Sequence record: MW057919.1
DNA length: 64,000 bases
Strand: one strand, 5' to 3'
The position numbers and the translations under genes are program-made. The notes beneath the pieces are model-generated. The model was given only the letters and a program-made list of their open reading frames with translations, was not told the origin of the DNA and did no database searches. Below, piece after piece: positions 27,901-37,297 of this stretch (position 1 is the stretch's first letter; every line of letters starts with the position of its first letter).

Positions 27901-29366
27901 TGGAACAATATCTTAATTCAATCCGTTTAGTTAAAGAACACGGTGTACATAAAGGTGACCGTACTGGTACTGGTACTCAGAGCATGTTTGGTCAACAAGA
28001 ACGTTATAGTCTGCGTAATAATCAGCTACCAGTTGTAACCACCAAGAAGATTCATCTAGCTTCTGTAATTCATGAATTGTTCTGGATGCTGTCAGGTGAT
28101 ACTAAGGTGGATTACCTGATCGCTAATGGTGTACGCATCTGGAACGAGTGGGTTAAACCTGAAACCGCAGTATATGAGCCGATGACCGATGAGGCCGTTC
28201 TTAAAGCAGTAACTGCCCTCATTGGTGCCCCATTCGTAATGTACTTACATTGTATGAACGATGACTCTACTCCATTCATTGAGACTGTAGCGGAATTCGA
28301 GTCGGGTATGACTCCAGAGACTATTCAGGCCTTCTGGGATGAATATCCAGTTAACCGTGAGGAAATCCAATACATCATTGGAGTTAGCGTAACGTCGTGG
28401 AATAGGTTCGCTACTGAAGGGTTCGATGAAGCCAAAAATCCTGAAGGTATTCGTGCTGAATATAACAAGCGACTGTATCGTGCTTTGATGCATAAAGAAC
28501 CAGAGCGTCTGGTCGGCGGCGATCTAGGTGCTGTTTACGGTAAGACATGGCGTAATCTTGAAGACACTCGTGTAATCCCTAAATATGAGTGGTTTGATTA
28601 TGAGAAGCGTGGTTTTGACTTCGTGGCGGATATCCCAGGTACAACCATGGAAACCGATAGATGCGTGGTTACTCGACGTATCGACCAAATCCAAGACATC
28701 ATCGATCAACTTCGCACCAACCCGGATTCTCGTCGGATCATTGTTTGTGCATGGGCGCCACATCTTATTGATGAGCAGGCACTCCCACCTTGCCACGCAT
28801 TTATTCAGTTCTGGACCCGTGAACTGACCGTAGATGAACGAGTGCAAGCTCTAGACCAAACCCAGTTCGAAGCTGATGCTTATCATGATAAGATTAGTGG
28901 TGAGATTACTCGTGGTCAACCTCCATTCGATAGTGCTGAGCAGGTTAAAGCACTTCTGCGTGTCTGTCGTGGTTATGAAAAGGCTACAGATGAAGCAGTA
29001 GTAGAATGGCTGGATCAACATGGTGCTCCGAAACGAGCCATCAGTTGTCAACTCTATCAAAGATCTTGTGATACTTTCTTAGGAAAACCCTTTAACATCA
29101 CATTCTATAGTCTGCTGACTCACATGTTAGCTAACCAAATGAATATGATTGCTGAAGAGTTTATCTGGACTGGTGGTGATGTACATATTTACTCTAATCA
29201 CCAAGAACAGACTGATCTTCAATTAACTCGTGAACCGAAGGTTCTACCAACTATTCGTTTCAAACAAGAAGCTATTGGTAAAGATATTCGGGAAATTGGT
29301 GTAGATGATTTTGTTATCGAAAACTACGAATATCATTCACACATTGCTGGTAAAGTTGCTGTCTAA
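27900..29366 (+). CDS. thyA: thymidylate synthase with three large insertions
   Basis: DRTGTGT, TTKK, HELFW, ALPPCH, YQRSCD, PFN, GDVHIY.NH. Confidence 0.95.
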   Translation: MEQYLNSIRLVKEHGVHKGDRTGTGTQSMFGQQERYSLRNNQLPVVTTKKIHLASVIHELFWMLSGDTKVDYLIANGVRIWNEWVKPETAVYEPMTDEAVLKAVTALIGAPFVMYLHCMNDDSTPFIETVAEFESGMTPETIQAFWDEYPVNREEIQYIIGVSVTSWNRFATEGFDEAKNPEGIRAEYNKRLYRALMHKEPERLVGGDLGAVYGKTWRNLEDTRVIPKYEWFDYEKRGFDFVADIPGTTMETDRCVVTRRIDQIQDIIDQLRTNPDSRRIIVCAWAPHLIDEQALPPCHAFIQFWTRELTVDERVQALDQTQFEADAYHDKISGEITRGQPPFDSAEQVKALLRVCRGYEKATDEAVVEWLDQHGAPKRAISCQLYQRSCDTFLGKPFNITFYSLLTHMLANQMNMIAEEFIWTGGDVHIYSNHQEQTDLQLTREPKVLPTIRFKQEAIGKDIREIGVDDFVIENYEYHSHIAGKVAV

Positions 29367-29373
29367 CATAAAT

Positions 29374-29391
29374 GCCTCCCTTTGGGGAGGC
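29374..29391 (+). terminator. intrinsic terminator
   Basis: GCCTCCC-TTTG-GGGAGGC + TTTATTT. Confidence 0.85.
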
Positions 29392-29499
29392 TTTATTTCC
29401 CTATGGTTCATTTGGGATATTCAGCGAATACTACTATGCACAGACTCCTGCCTAGTGGACCGATGTAGTACGTAAATACAATACAAAGGAATTTGTCCT

Positions 29500-29907
29500 A
29501 TGAACAACACTGAACTGAAGCGTCAACTTGAAATGGTTATTGAACTGATGGGGGTCTTTCCTGATCCTCTCACGATCGGTATCGCCGGTAATAGAGTAAC
29601 CAAAGAAACTCGCTGTAGCCTTTTTAACGGAAAAGATCCAGGTGAAGAGTTTAGTATTGGTCTTGGTATCAGTAGTCGCAAACAATGGTTGAAGCTTGCA
29701 GATCATGCACTGATTCTTACTAAGCCCGAGAAAGAGCCTATTGTCATCCCGTACGAGGCTATATGCGAACTATCGGCACCACTGAAATTCGAAGAGGAAC
29801 TTGTGAGCAAAGGTTGGTTTGTATACAACTTGCTGGGTACATCGATGTTCATGTATCTGGACACAGGTAAAGAAGAAAAACTCAAATTTGAAAAGGTTGG
29901 TGGATAA
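29500..29907 (+). CDS. hypothetical protein (135 aa)
   Basis: AAGGA SD; TAATG coupling. Confidence 0.8.
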   Translation: MNNTELKRQLEMVIELMGVFPDPLTIGIAGNRVTKETRCSLFNGKDPGEEFSIGLGISSRKQWLKLADHALILTKPEKEPIVIPYEAICELSAPLKFEEELVSKGWFVYNLLGTSMFMYLDTGKEEKLKFEKVGG

Positions 29908-30740
29908 TGGATCCACGGCATCCAGTTAGCGACGAAATGCGCGCAATCATCGATACTGAACTTAATCGCATCGAGAAGAAGTATGGTGTAAAAGTCATCT
30001 ATGCCTGTGAGTCCGGTAGTCGCGGATGGGGCTTTGCTTCTATCAATAGTGACTATGATGTTCGTTTCATTTATGTTAACCATCCGAGTCATTATGTTCG
30101 TGTGGATAATGAAGCACGTGATACTATTGAAGAGATGGTGTCTAAAGAACTAGACCTAGCTGGTTGGAGTATCACTAAGACTCTTCAGCTTGCTTACAAG
30201 TCTAACCCCACTCTCTTGGAATGGCTAAACTCCCCAATCGTTTACCGTAAGGTTGATCGGGACTACAAGTTAATCCGTGATGCTGCGCTAAAGCACTTCA
30301 TCCCTGAATCGAGTTACATGCATTATATCTCGATGGCCAAACAAACCAAAATGCGTTGGTTGTCAGATGAGAAAGTCCGGATGAAGAAATACTTCTATTC
30401 TCTTCGTCCTCTGTTGGCTGCAATTTGGGTCCGTGAAAGTCTGGAACATCCACCGATGGTATTCCATGATCTACTGCCTCTTCTAACAGATCCTATCCTT
30501 TATAAACGTATCCAAGAACTGGTTAATGATAAGGTTGGGGCTACTGAACAGGATCTGATAGATCGTTGCCCTATATTAGATCAGTTCATCGATTTTCAAT
30601 TGAGTCGTGAGAAACCAGACTTCGGTAAATACGAACGTCCGGACATCTATGCACTTACCGATCTAGCCTGGCATTTTGTTGACCAGTACAAGATCGACAC
30701 ATTCGCGAAACTACAGGGCATCGAACGAAGAAAATATTAG
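29907..30740 (+). CDS. Pol-beta-superfamily nucleotidyltransferase (YcgL/RlaP-type)
   Basis: ESGSRGWGFASINSDYDVRFIY (GS..DxD); SNPTLLEWL; KKYFYSLRP. Confidence 0.85.
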   Translation: MDPRHPVSDEMRAIIDTELNRIEKKYGVKVIYACESGSRGWGFASINSDYDVRFIYVNHPSHYVRVDNEARDTIEEMVSKELDLAGWSITKTLQLAYKSNPTLLEWLNSPIVYRKVDRDYKLIRDAALKHFIPESSYMHYISMAKQTKMRWLSDEKVRMKKYFYSLRPLLAAIWVRESLEHPPMVFHDLLPLLTDPILYKRIQELVNDKVGATEQDLIDRCPILDQFIDFQLSREKPDFGKYERPDIYALTDLAWHFVDQYKIDTFAKLQGIERRKY

Positions 30741-30789
30741 TCAATAAAGAAAAAAGTTTAATACCATCTTATTAAAAGGAAAATATTTT

Positions 30790-31290
30790 ATGCTATTTAA
30801 AGATGAACTATGCATCGAAAATATCTTAGTAAAAGAAAAACTATATCTAGTTAGAAATATTGGTAGGAATCGTGAGGTATATCCTAATCCAAAAGTAACA
30901 TATAAAGATATTAAGGAATTCGCTAAAATGTATGGTGTGATTCCAATGCAATTCTTAGGGCCGCTACTTCATGAAATCGTTGAACGAGAAGATTTCGCCT
31001 TAAAAGGAAAAGAAGCACAGAAATTCATTGATGATAATCCTTATACTTTAATTGAATATGGTAGCAGTTTTCATATTTACTACATTATTCGTAATTATAT
31101 TATCCCAACTACTACTGATCCAGATTGTAATAAATTCACTATTAATCTTTATAAGTATAAAGAATTTCTAGAAGAGGTTACTAATAGGTTAAACATGCCA
31201 CCTTTTTTGGACACCAGTGAACCTTATCGTAATTTCTTACTGACAATGCAAGAAAGTCTACGTACCATCCAGGATATTGTGGAAAATTAA
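30790..31290 (+). CDS. hypothetical protein (166 aa)
   Basis: AAGGA SD. Confidence 0.8.
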   Translation: MLFKDELCIENILVKEKLYLVRNIGRNREVYPNPKVTYKDIKEFAKMYGVIPMQFLGPLLHEIVEREDFALKGKEAQKFIDDNPYTLIEYGSSFHIYYIIRNYIIPTTTDPDCNKFTINLYKYKEFLEEVTNRLNMPPFLDTSEPYRNFLLTMQESLRTIQDIVEN

Positions 31291-31389
31291 TGAAGTTTAG
31301 AATGTTAAAAGTTAATGTATTAAATTTACTCTACTACATACTTTACCCTACTCCATATTGGGGTAGGGGTATTAAGGTGGAGTATAAAT

Positions 31390-31683
31390 ATGTCAAGCAA
31401 CAAACTATCTGCACAACTTAATCGTCATCACAATACTCGTATAGTTAATTATTATGTTTCACTAGCCGAGAGTCGTTATAATGACACTAATCCTTCAGCA
31501 AAGGCTAAAGGTAAATGGCGTAAACATAATCCGTTTAACTGCGGTAGGTCTCGTTGTATGCTATGTGGTAATCCGCGTAAACATTGGAATAGGATTACTC
31601 TTAATGAATTAAAAATAAATATTTCATTAAAAGAGCAACTCAATGATCTTTATGTAGATTATGCTACGCTGACTGAGGATTAA
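31390..31683 (+). CDS. small Zn-finger-like basic protein
   Basis: HNPFNCGRSRCMLCGNPRK; GGAG SD. Confidence 0.75.
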   Translation: MSSNKLSAQLNRHHNTRIVNYYVSLAESRYNDTNPSAKAKGKWRKHNPFNCGRSRCMLCGNPRKHWNRITLNELKINISLKEQLNDLYVDYATLTED

Positions 31684-31754
31684 ATTATGCATGAAGAATA
31701 TGAAGCAATTTAATAGTTTAAATTAACCATTCGAAATAAATTTGGAATTAGCAA

Positions 31755-31877
31755 ATGAAAGTTAAAAATAAGCAACAGCCTAAGTTTGTCAATCTAGCTA
31801 CTATGCAAGCTGCTTGGCGGCTTAATAATGCAGAACTCAAAGCTAAACGTGAAGCTAAAGAAAAGCAAAAAGAATAA
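31755..31877 (+). CDS. small basic peptide (40 aa)
   Basis: MKVKNKQQPKFVNLATMQAAWRLNNAELKAKREAKEKQKE, ends at terminator. Confidence 0.55.
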   Translation: MKVKNKQQPKFVNLATMQAAWRLNNAELKAKREAKEKQKE

Positions 31878-31894
31878 AACTATTTAGTTGCATA

Positions 31895-31921
31895 AAGAGA
31901 GAGGATAAATTCCTCTCTCTT
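31895..31921 (+). terminator. intrinsic terminator
   Basis: AAGAGAGAGGA-TAAAT-TCCTCTCTCTT + TTT. Confidence 0.85.
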
Positions 31922-32108
31922 TTTATGTTGTTTTATAATTTGTGTACTACAGGTATATTTCAATATGGAATCTTATTTACACGTGCCAATGTTAAATATG
32001 GAACTATTCAATTAAGTATTAAAGATAATTATGAACTAGATAGAAATATCCTAACCGATATGTTTATTCTTTATTCTCGAATCACTGAACCTAAAGAGGA
32101 TTTTTAAG

Positions 32109-32591
32109 ATGATTGAGTTTCTAAACAAAGATAACTTCTTTTCATGGGGTGCTGTGGTAGGTGGTGCACTATTACAGTATTTTGAAAATGGTAAACTTGA
32201 AGGTGGTTATGATATATTTAAATTCGGTGGTGATGCTGATGGCCTGATTATTACAGGTGGTATAACGCATCGGAAAAATATCGGGATCCTGTGTGGTCAA
32301 GGTGATGATGAAGATCTATTTTTAGTATTTGTCATAAGTAATACCAATAGTCCATATGTCGTATGGTATTATGATATTTATAAAGATAATGAAGGTATTA
32401 GTTTTACAAATGCTTCACCTACCAGTGGTCGTATTTTTAAATCAGATACCGATGAAAATAATGACCTGTCAATAAGTCAATTACTTAAAGTAGTTAAACA
32501 CTTAGTAGATGAACGAGTTCGTTTAAATAAAAATATAGTTAATTCACCAGGTTATGAAATCATTGAAGAAGATAAAGACTTTCAACTATAA
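32109..32591 (+). CDS. hypothetical protein (160 aa)
   Basis: GAGGA SD. Confidence 0.85.
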   Translation: MIEFLNKDNFFSWGAVVGGALLQYFENGKLEGGYDIFKFGGDADGLIITGGITHRKNIGILCGQGDDEDLFLVFVISNTNSPYVVWYYDIYKDNEGISFTNASPTSGRIFKSDTDENNDLSISQLLKVVKHLVDERVRLNKNIVNSPGYEIIEEDKDFQL

Positions 32592-32618
32592 TAAGTCTTT
32601 TACAAAGTTACCATAAAT

Positions 32619-32636
32619 ACCTCCCTTCGGGGAGGT
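32619..32636 (+). terminator. intrinsic terminator
   Basis: ACCTCCC-TTCG-GGGAGGT + TTT. Confidence 0.85.
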
Positions 32637-32677
32637 TTTATATTGTGTTTTTTTTGTATTCAAACATATTTAAACAG

Positions 32678-32685
32678 TATATTAC
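32678..32685 (+). promoter_or_regulatory. early promoter
   Basis: TTTAAACAG-TATATTAC. Confidence 0.85.
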
Positions 32686-32721
32686 ACATATGAATTCAAT
32701 CTTGAAAAAAGGAGATATGTC

Positions 32722-33051
32722 ATGAATATGTCATCTATTTCCACTGGTGTTCTGGTGCTTGGTGGTATTGCATTTGGTTACCATCTCTTTGATGGGGTGC
32801 GCTCCATTTACAAAGAATGGTCTATGGAATACATTTACAAAAAGCAAATGGCTAAGGTAAAGGAGCAGCTTACCGAATATGAAAATAAGTATGTTGAGAT
32901 TCCATCAATAGCTGAAATAAATATCTATATCGAACCAGTTCTAACTGAAGCTTTAAATAAACTTGATCGGTATAGCTACAGCTGCTTCTTACATGATGTC
33001 GAACAGTACATCGAGTTTATTATTGATAATTATCGTGTAGTTAATCGATAA
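32722..33051 (+). CDS. monocistronic early membrane-anchored protein (gp241-like by position)
   Basis: AGGAG SD; N-terminal TM then helical region; own promoter and terminator. Confidence 0.75.
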   Translation: MNMSSISTGVLVLGGIAFGYHLFDGVRSIYKEWSMEYIYKKQMAKVKEQLTEYENKYVEIPSIAEINIYIEPVLTEALNKLDRYSYSCFLHDVEQYIEFIIDNYRVVNR

Positions 33052-33063
33052 TAAGAGCATATG

Positions 33064-33108
33064 GCCCTCCCTTCGGGGAGGGCTATTGCACTAAATTTTA
33101 TTTGAGAT
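33064..33108 (+). repeat. terminator + promoter-upstream cassette, copy 2
   Basis: 45 bp identical to 17899-17943. Confidence 0.9.
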
Positions 33109-33109
33109 A

Positions 33110-33117
33110 TATATTAC
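33110..33117 (+). promoter_or_regulatory. early promoter
   Basis: TATATTAC. Confidence 0.85.
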
Positions 33118-33162
33118 ATGTGTGTATTACAAAATCAAATTAATGTGTCGAGGTTTTAATAG

Positions 33163-33600
33163 ATGGACGTAGTTACTAACATTTGGGAGGACGTTCTTAC
33201 GAACGTGCATCACAAACTAAAGGTAATGGCCACTACTGCTGGCGATGTCATTCATACAGTGGAACCCAAATTAAATGAAATGATTAAATCGAATATTAAT
33301 CAACTACAGACAGAAAGGTATAGTCTTAGTTTAAACAAAACTAAAGACAATAAATACTACGCAAAATACCATGATAATCATCATGGCTGGGATGTTTATT
33401 TATTTGTTGAACAAACTAGGTATGGGGCTATTGTTGGTAGTGGGTTACGCCATCGTGCTAAAGAAGCTTGGGGGCTTAATAAATTCAGAGAATATAATCT
33501 TATCAAAGTAAGGTGTACTCGACAAAATAGTGTTGTTGATAGTATTGTCTTCTTCGATGATCCATCTGAATATTTTCTTAGAGCTGTAAATAAATTTTAA
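33163..33600 (+). CDS. hypothetical early protein (145 aa)
   Basis: GAGGT SD. Confidence 0.85.
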   Translation: MDVVTNIWEDVLTNVHHKLKVMATTAGDVIHTVEPKLNEMIKSNINQLQTERYSLSLNKTKDNKYYAKYHDNHHGWDVYLFVEQTRYGAIVGSGLRHRAKEAWGLNKFREYNLIKVRCTRQNSVVDSIVFFDDPSEYFLRAVNKF

Positions 33601-33620
33601 ATTAACTAAAAGGTAAAAAA

Positions 33621-34520
33621 ATGAATAATCTACAAGTTAATACCACTATTAAAGAATTACATAAACTTTTAATCTGTAATATTATTGATGGTAAACTAAT
33701 TGAATATAATGATATTGTGAAAGAACTGAAAATTACTAATGATGAATTAGATAATCTACTAATAGCTATTTCAAAGCTATCTGATACACCAATTAATAAT
33801 ATCTTTAAATCACTTTCACTAGCAATTGATCTACGTACAATTACATCCGTCATTGAAAAACTTAGTAATTCTACGAAACTATCTAAAAAAGAAATCCAGC
33901 TAGATCTGTTAACTAGGTTAGGAATAAAAGATAATTATTTTTCGAATAGTTTTACCAACGTGTATCATGAACTAAGTGATATTATCAAAAAGCTTGAACA
34001 TAGTGATAAACTATATCAAACAGATTATCAAAACTTTATTATTGATAAAGTAACTAGTCATTTTAAAGATGTATTGTATTCGGCTGGTTATGCAATCAGT
34101 GATATTTATAAGTACACTGATTCTAAAGTAGTTAATGTAGATAAAAATGGACTATTGATAGGTATGAGCATTACCAATTATGACTTCCATAATAAGGATG
34201 AACCAATTAGGACTATTGGTTTTTCATTAATTGATAAAACCGAGCGTTGTGTTGGAAAATCTGAAACTATTAAAAAGTTTGATGTTGAAGATTTTCTTAA
34301 TACAATGGATACTATCAATATTAATCATAATGATATTATGTTTTTCTCAAAGCAGTATCGAGAAAAAGACTTAGCCATTCATAATGCGATCATGAATGAA
34401 TTTAAGGTGAACAAGATTTCAAATGATACACGTGATAATATAATATCTTATCATATTGCCATGATGGGACATAACTGTATTATCTCATTTAATCACAGTG
34501 GGCTCCTATTAAAAATTTAA
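33621..34520 (+). CDS. hypothetical protein (299 aa)
   Basis: AAGGT SD. Confidence 0.85.
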
Positions 34521-34577
34521 TAGAATATCAATTAAAAATTATCTTATGTAGTTTATCTAATTAAGGAAACAAAAAGA

Positions 34578-34934
34578 ATGCCAACTTATATTGAATTAAT
34601 CAATATTGTCAATGATGATACTCCTGTAGATGATGCAGTTATTAGTGATCTGATGAGTCAAATGAATGATAAACAAACTGTTCTTGACAGTTGTCGTATC
34701 AATCATAAAGGCTATGCTTATTTTAAGTTCCATGTTAAGGGATCAATTAGTAAGGATAAACTTAAGGCTCTAAATGAAACTTTAAAAGATTCTAATCTTG
34801 TTGTGACTGATGCTAGTACACAACGTGGTTTCATGCCACCTAATAAGTTTGATGATATCACTTATACTGAAGAGAGTGTTGGTTATAGGGCAATGGTCTG
34901 GACAAGCTTCACTATTGAAAAGCTACTTGTATAA
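34578..34934 (+). CDS. hypothetical protein, possibly late/virion (gp244-like by position)
   Basis: AAGGA SD; TATGTA at 34545; own terminator. Confidence 0.7.
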   Translation: MPTYIELINIVNDDTPVDDAVISDLMSQMNDKQTVLDSCRINHKGYAYFKFHVKGSISKDKLKALNETLKDSNLVVTDASTQRGFMPPNKFDDITYTEESVGYRAMVWTSFTIEKLLV

Positions 34935-34935
34935 T

Positions 34936-34955
34936 AAGAGCCCTTCGGGGCTCTT
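34936..34955 (+). terminator. intrinsic terminator
   Basis: AAGAGCCC-TTCG-GGGCTCTT + T. Confidence 0.8.
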
Positions 34956-34984
34956 TCTATTTCGCAATTAGGTATCTGTATTAA

Positions 34985-35419
34985 ATGGATAAGTATCCTA
35001 TTCTACAAGCTATGTCTAAAGAAGAGGCATTTAGACTTTTAGACATACAAGGTGAGTTTAGAAAAACTCAAATGAAAGAAAGGTATTGGAATGAGGAAAC
35101 TGGTCTATGGTGGTGGGAACAACATCCCGATGTGAAATTAAGGATAGTTGCCGCCTGCAATAGATGGAAGGATGTTTATTTCATTGCAGCGAGGCATTCA
35201 TCAATCATAATGACTCAACAACAGCTAATGTATGGTGGTCTTAAGGTATTGCATGAATATGCAGGAGATGATCATGAACAAGGTTTTATTGATCAGTATG
35301 AAAACTTCCACTCTAGGGAAGAAGCAGTAATTATCGCTAAGAATAATAATCAGTTATATCGAGCTGAATTAGAAAATAGATTAGTAACTAAATATTTATT
35401 TAGTGAAGACCTATATTAG
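34985..35419 (+). CDS. conserved-type phage hypothetical protein
   Basis: RIVAAC...ARH...QGFID...SREEA...LFSEDLY pattern. Confidence 0.8.
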   Translation: MDKYPILQAMSKEEAFRLLDIQGEFRKTQMKERYWNEETGLWWWEQHPDVKLRIVAACNRWKDVYFIAARHSSIIMTQQQLMYGGLKVLHEYAGDDHEQGFIDQYENFHSREEAVIIAKNNNQLYRAELENRLVTKYLFSEDLY

Positions 35420-35449
35420 GTTTCCAATAATTTAAATAGGAATATAGCT

Positions 35450-36106
35450 ATGCTAATGAATGAAATTATCGATATTCTAGAAGGAGGGAAAGAGAATATT
35501 CTCTTAACTAACCATCTAGGTAATGGCAAATATTCCAATGCGGGTAATGCAATGGCTGCATCATATGCCATTGCGGCACATACTGCTGTTGGTCAATTGC
35601 GAGATGGTTCAGGAAAACCTTACTGGCATCATTTATTACAAGTAGCTGAGATGGCGCAATTATTCGACCTATCTCACGCTGCTTATAAAGCAGCATGGTT
35701 ACATGATGTAATTGAGGATACTGCTGTAACTGCTTCTGATCTAACTAAACTATTCTCAATCCCTGTTGTTAATTTAGTAACTGAACTAACAAATGTAACT
35801 TACGAAGGTAATCGTAAAACTAGGATTAGTTTACAACATGAAAGACTTTCTCGCATTTCATGGAGTGGTCAATCTCTTAAGTTACTAGATTCCATTTCAA
35901 ACATGTGGTCGATTGTTAATGATAAGCCTGATTTTGCTGAACTGTATCTGACTGAGAAAGCTCAACTAATCAGTAAGTTAAATAATTGTCACCCCGCTAT
36001 TAAAGATCTGGCTATATCTGTTCTCTATGGCAGGTGTACTATGGTTGGTGGGGATGCACTAAAAGAATATAATAAACTATTTTCTGATAATGAAATTGTA
36101 TGTTAA
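35450..36106 (+). CDS. HD-domain hydrolase, RelA/SpoT-hydrolase (SAH/Mesh1)-like
   Basis: AH..GQ.R..SG.PY..H, AAWLHDVIEDT, KLLDSISN. Confidence 0.85.
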   Translation: MLMNEIIDILEGGKENILLTNHLGNGKYSNAGNAMAASYAIAAHTAVGQLRDGSGKPYWHHLLQVAEMAQLFDLSHAAYKAAWLHDVIEDTAVTASDLTKLFSIPVVNLVTELTNVTYEGNRKTRISLQHERLSRISWSGQSLKLLDSISNMWSIVNDKPDFAELYLTEKAQLISKLNNCHPAIKDLAISVLYGRCTMVGGDALKEYNKLFSDNEIVC

Positions 36107-36124
36107 AATAATTACTTAATATAC

Positions 36125-36144
36125 ACCCTCCCTTCGGGGAGGGT
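36125..36144 (+). terminator. intrinsic terminator
   Basis: ACCCTCCC-TTCG-GGGAGGGT + TTT. Confidence 0.85.
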
Positions 36145-36183
36145 TTTATTTATCTTTTTTTGTATTTAAACTATTTAAAAAGC

Positions 36184-36191
36184 TATATTAC
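36184..36191 (+). promoter_or_regulatory. early promoter
   Basis: TTTAAAAAGC-TATATTAC. Confidence 0.85.
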
Positions 36192-36224
36192 AAATATGAA
36201 TTTAATAACCAAGAGGGCAATACA

Positions 36225-36488
36225 ATGACTGAACGTTTGAAATCCGTATGGTGCGCTTGCAGCTTACTGCGTGAACGCTGGAGACACATCCAAGACATTG
36301 CTGTCGGGGATGAACATCATGTCATAGTAAAAAACGATATGCTGATGGTGTTTCGTGGTCAAGTACCGGTAGGTAGCATGTACCGGGGTGACAGTGACCC
36401 ACTCATCTACGAGGGTGGTGCACTGGAAGAATTTACTAAAGTTGTATTGGATTTAGAATTCAATACTCGTGGTGAAACCAATAGTTAA
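36225..36488 (+). CDS. hypothetical early protein (87 aa)
   Basis: GAGGG SD. Confidence 0.8.
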   Translation: MTERLKSVWCACSLLRERWRHIQDIAVGDEHHVIVKNDMLMVFRGQVPVGSMYRGDSDPLIYEGGALEEFTKVVLDLEFNTRGETNS

Positions 36489-36514
36489 TAAAATTAATTT
36501 TGAGGTAATTCATT

Positions 36515-36922
36515 ATGAAATATGTAATTGTATTTATGTTGTCTATTGTAACTATCACTGCTAACTCGGCTGTCATGTACACTAATCGTGATTCATGCAT
36601 CGAGTTTGTAAAACAGGCAGATGAATTGTTTGTAAAAGGTGCATCTGTAACTGAAGTGCAAATGAAGACTTATGAAAGGATTCATTATATCCTTAATAAC
36701 ACTAAAGATCTAAAGACCAACCAGTCTAAAGTTGAAGAACTCACTGGTCTATTTTACCTATGGTCTAAGGTAGATAAAATGGCAATTGAGGCAAGTTTGC
36801 CACGTGCAACAAATGCTGCTAAAGTCTATAAGACCACTCCTGAGAAATTCATCATTGATGGTTATTTCCAGCGTTGTGTAGCGGCAGGTGCGTTTGAAGC
36901 AAAACCACTTACTCTAAAATAA
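36515..36922 (+). CDS. secreted two-Cys helical protein
   Basis: Signal peptide ending ANSA; RDSC...FQRC. Confidence 0.75.
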   Translation: MKYVIVFMLSIVTITANSAVMYTNRDSCIEFVKQADELFVKGASVTEVQMKTYERIHYILNNTKDLKTNQSKVEELTGLFYLWSKVDKMAIEASLPRATNAAKVYKTTPEKFIIDGYFQRCVAAGAFEAKPLTLK

Positions 36923-36934
36923 TGGAGGTACAAC

Positions 36935-37294
36935 ATGCTTAAGAATTGGCTATTATTCCTTTTCCTGCCAATCCTGTCCATTGCATGTCAGCCTGCCCAC
37001 GCTGTAGAAGTGGGTATTACTAAGAAATCATGTAATGTGGCAGTAAATCTTTCACAAAAAGCAACTGAGCTTTATGATAAGAACCTATCCCAATTTGAGA
37101 TAATGATGCAGTTAGACATGATCTCTCGTAAGGATATGGATGACTTAGAGTTCTATGCAGGTACCGTATATGCTAAATTAAACTTAGTTGATATTCGCGT
37201 AAATAAACGAAAAGGATTTACCAATGGAGCTATTCTAGATAGGCTAGCTGAAAACTGTGTTGAAGCAATTGGTACTAAATTTAACTTGGAGTAG
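36935..37294 (+). CDS. secreted two-Cys helical protein
   Basis: Signal peptide ending AHA; KKSC...AENC. Confidence 0.75.
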   Translation: MLKNWLLFLFLPILSIACQPAHAVEVGITKKSCNVAVNLSQKATELYDKNLSQFEIMMQLDMISRKDMDDLEFYAGTVYAKLNLVDIRVNKRKGFTNGAILDRLAENCVEAIGTKFNLE

Positions 37295-37297
37295 AAT

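Noticed and set aside
27900-29366. ThyA insertions as inteins, or the enzyme as a dCMP hydroxymethylase
   Set aside because: No Cys/Ser...His-Asn splice junctions or LAGLIDADG motifs seen; the dUMP-specifying Asn of PFN is retained
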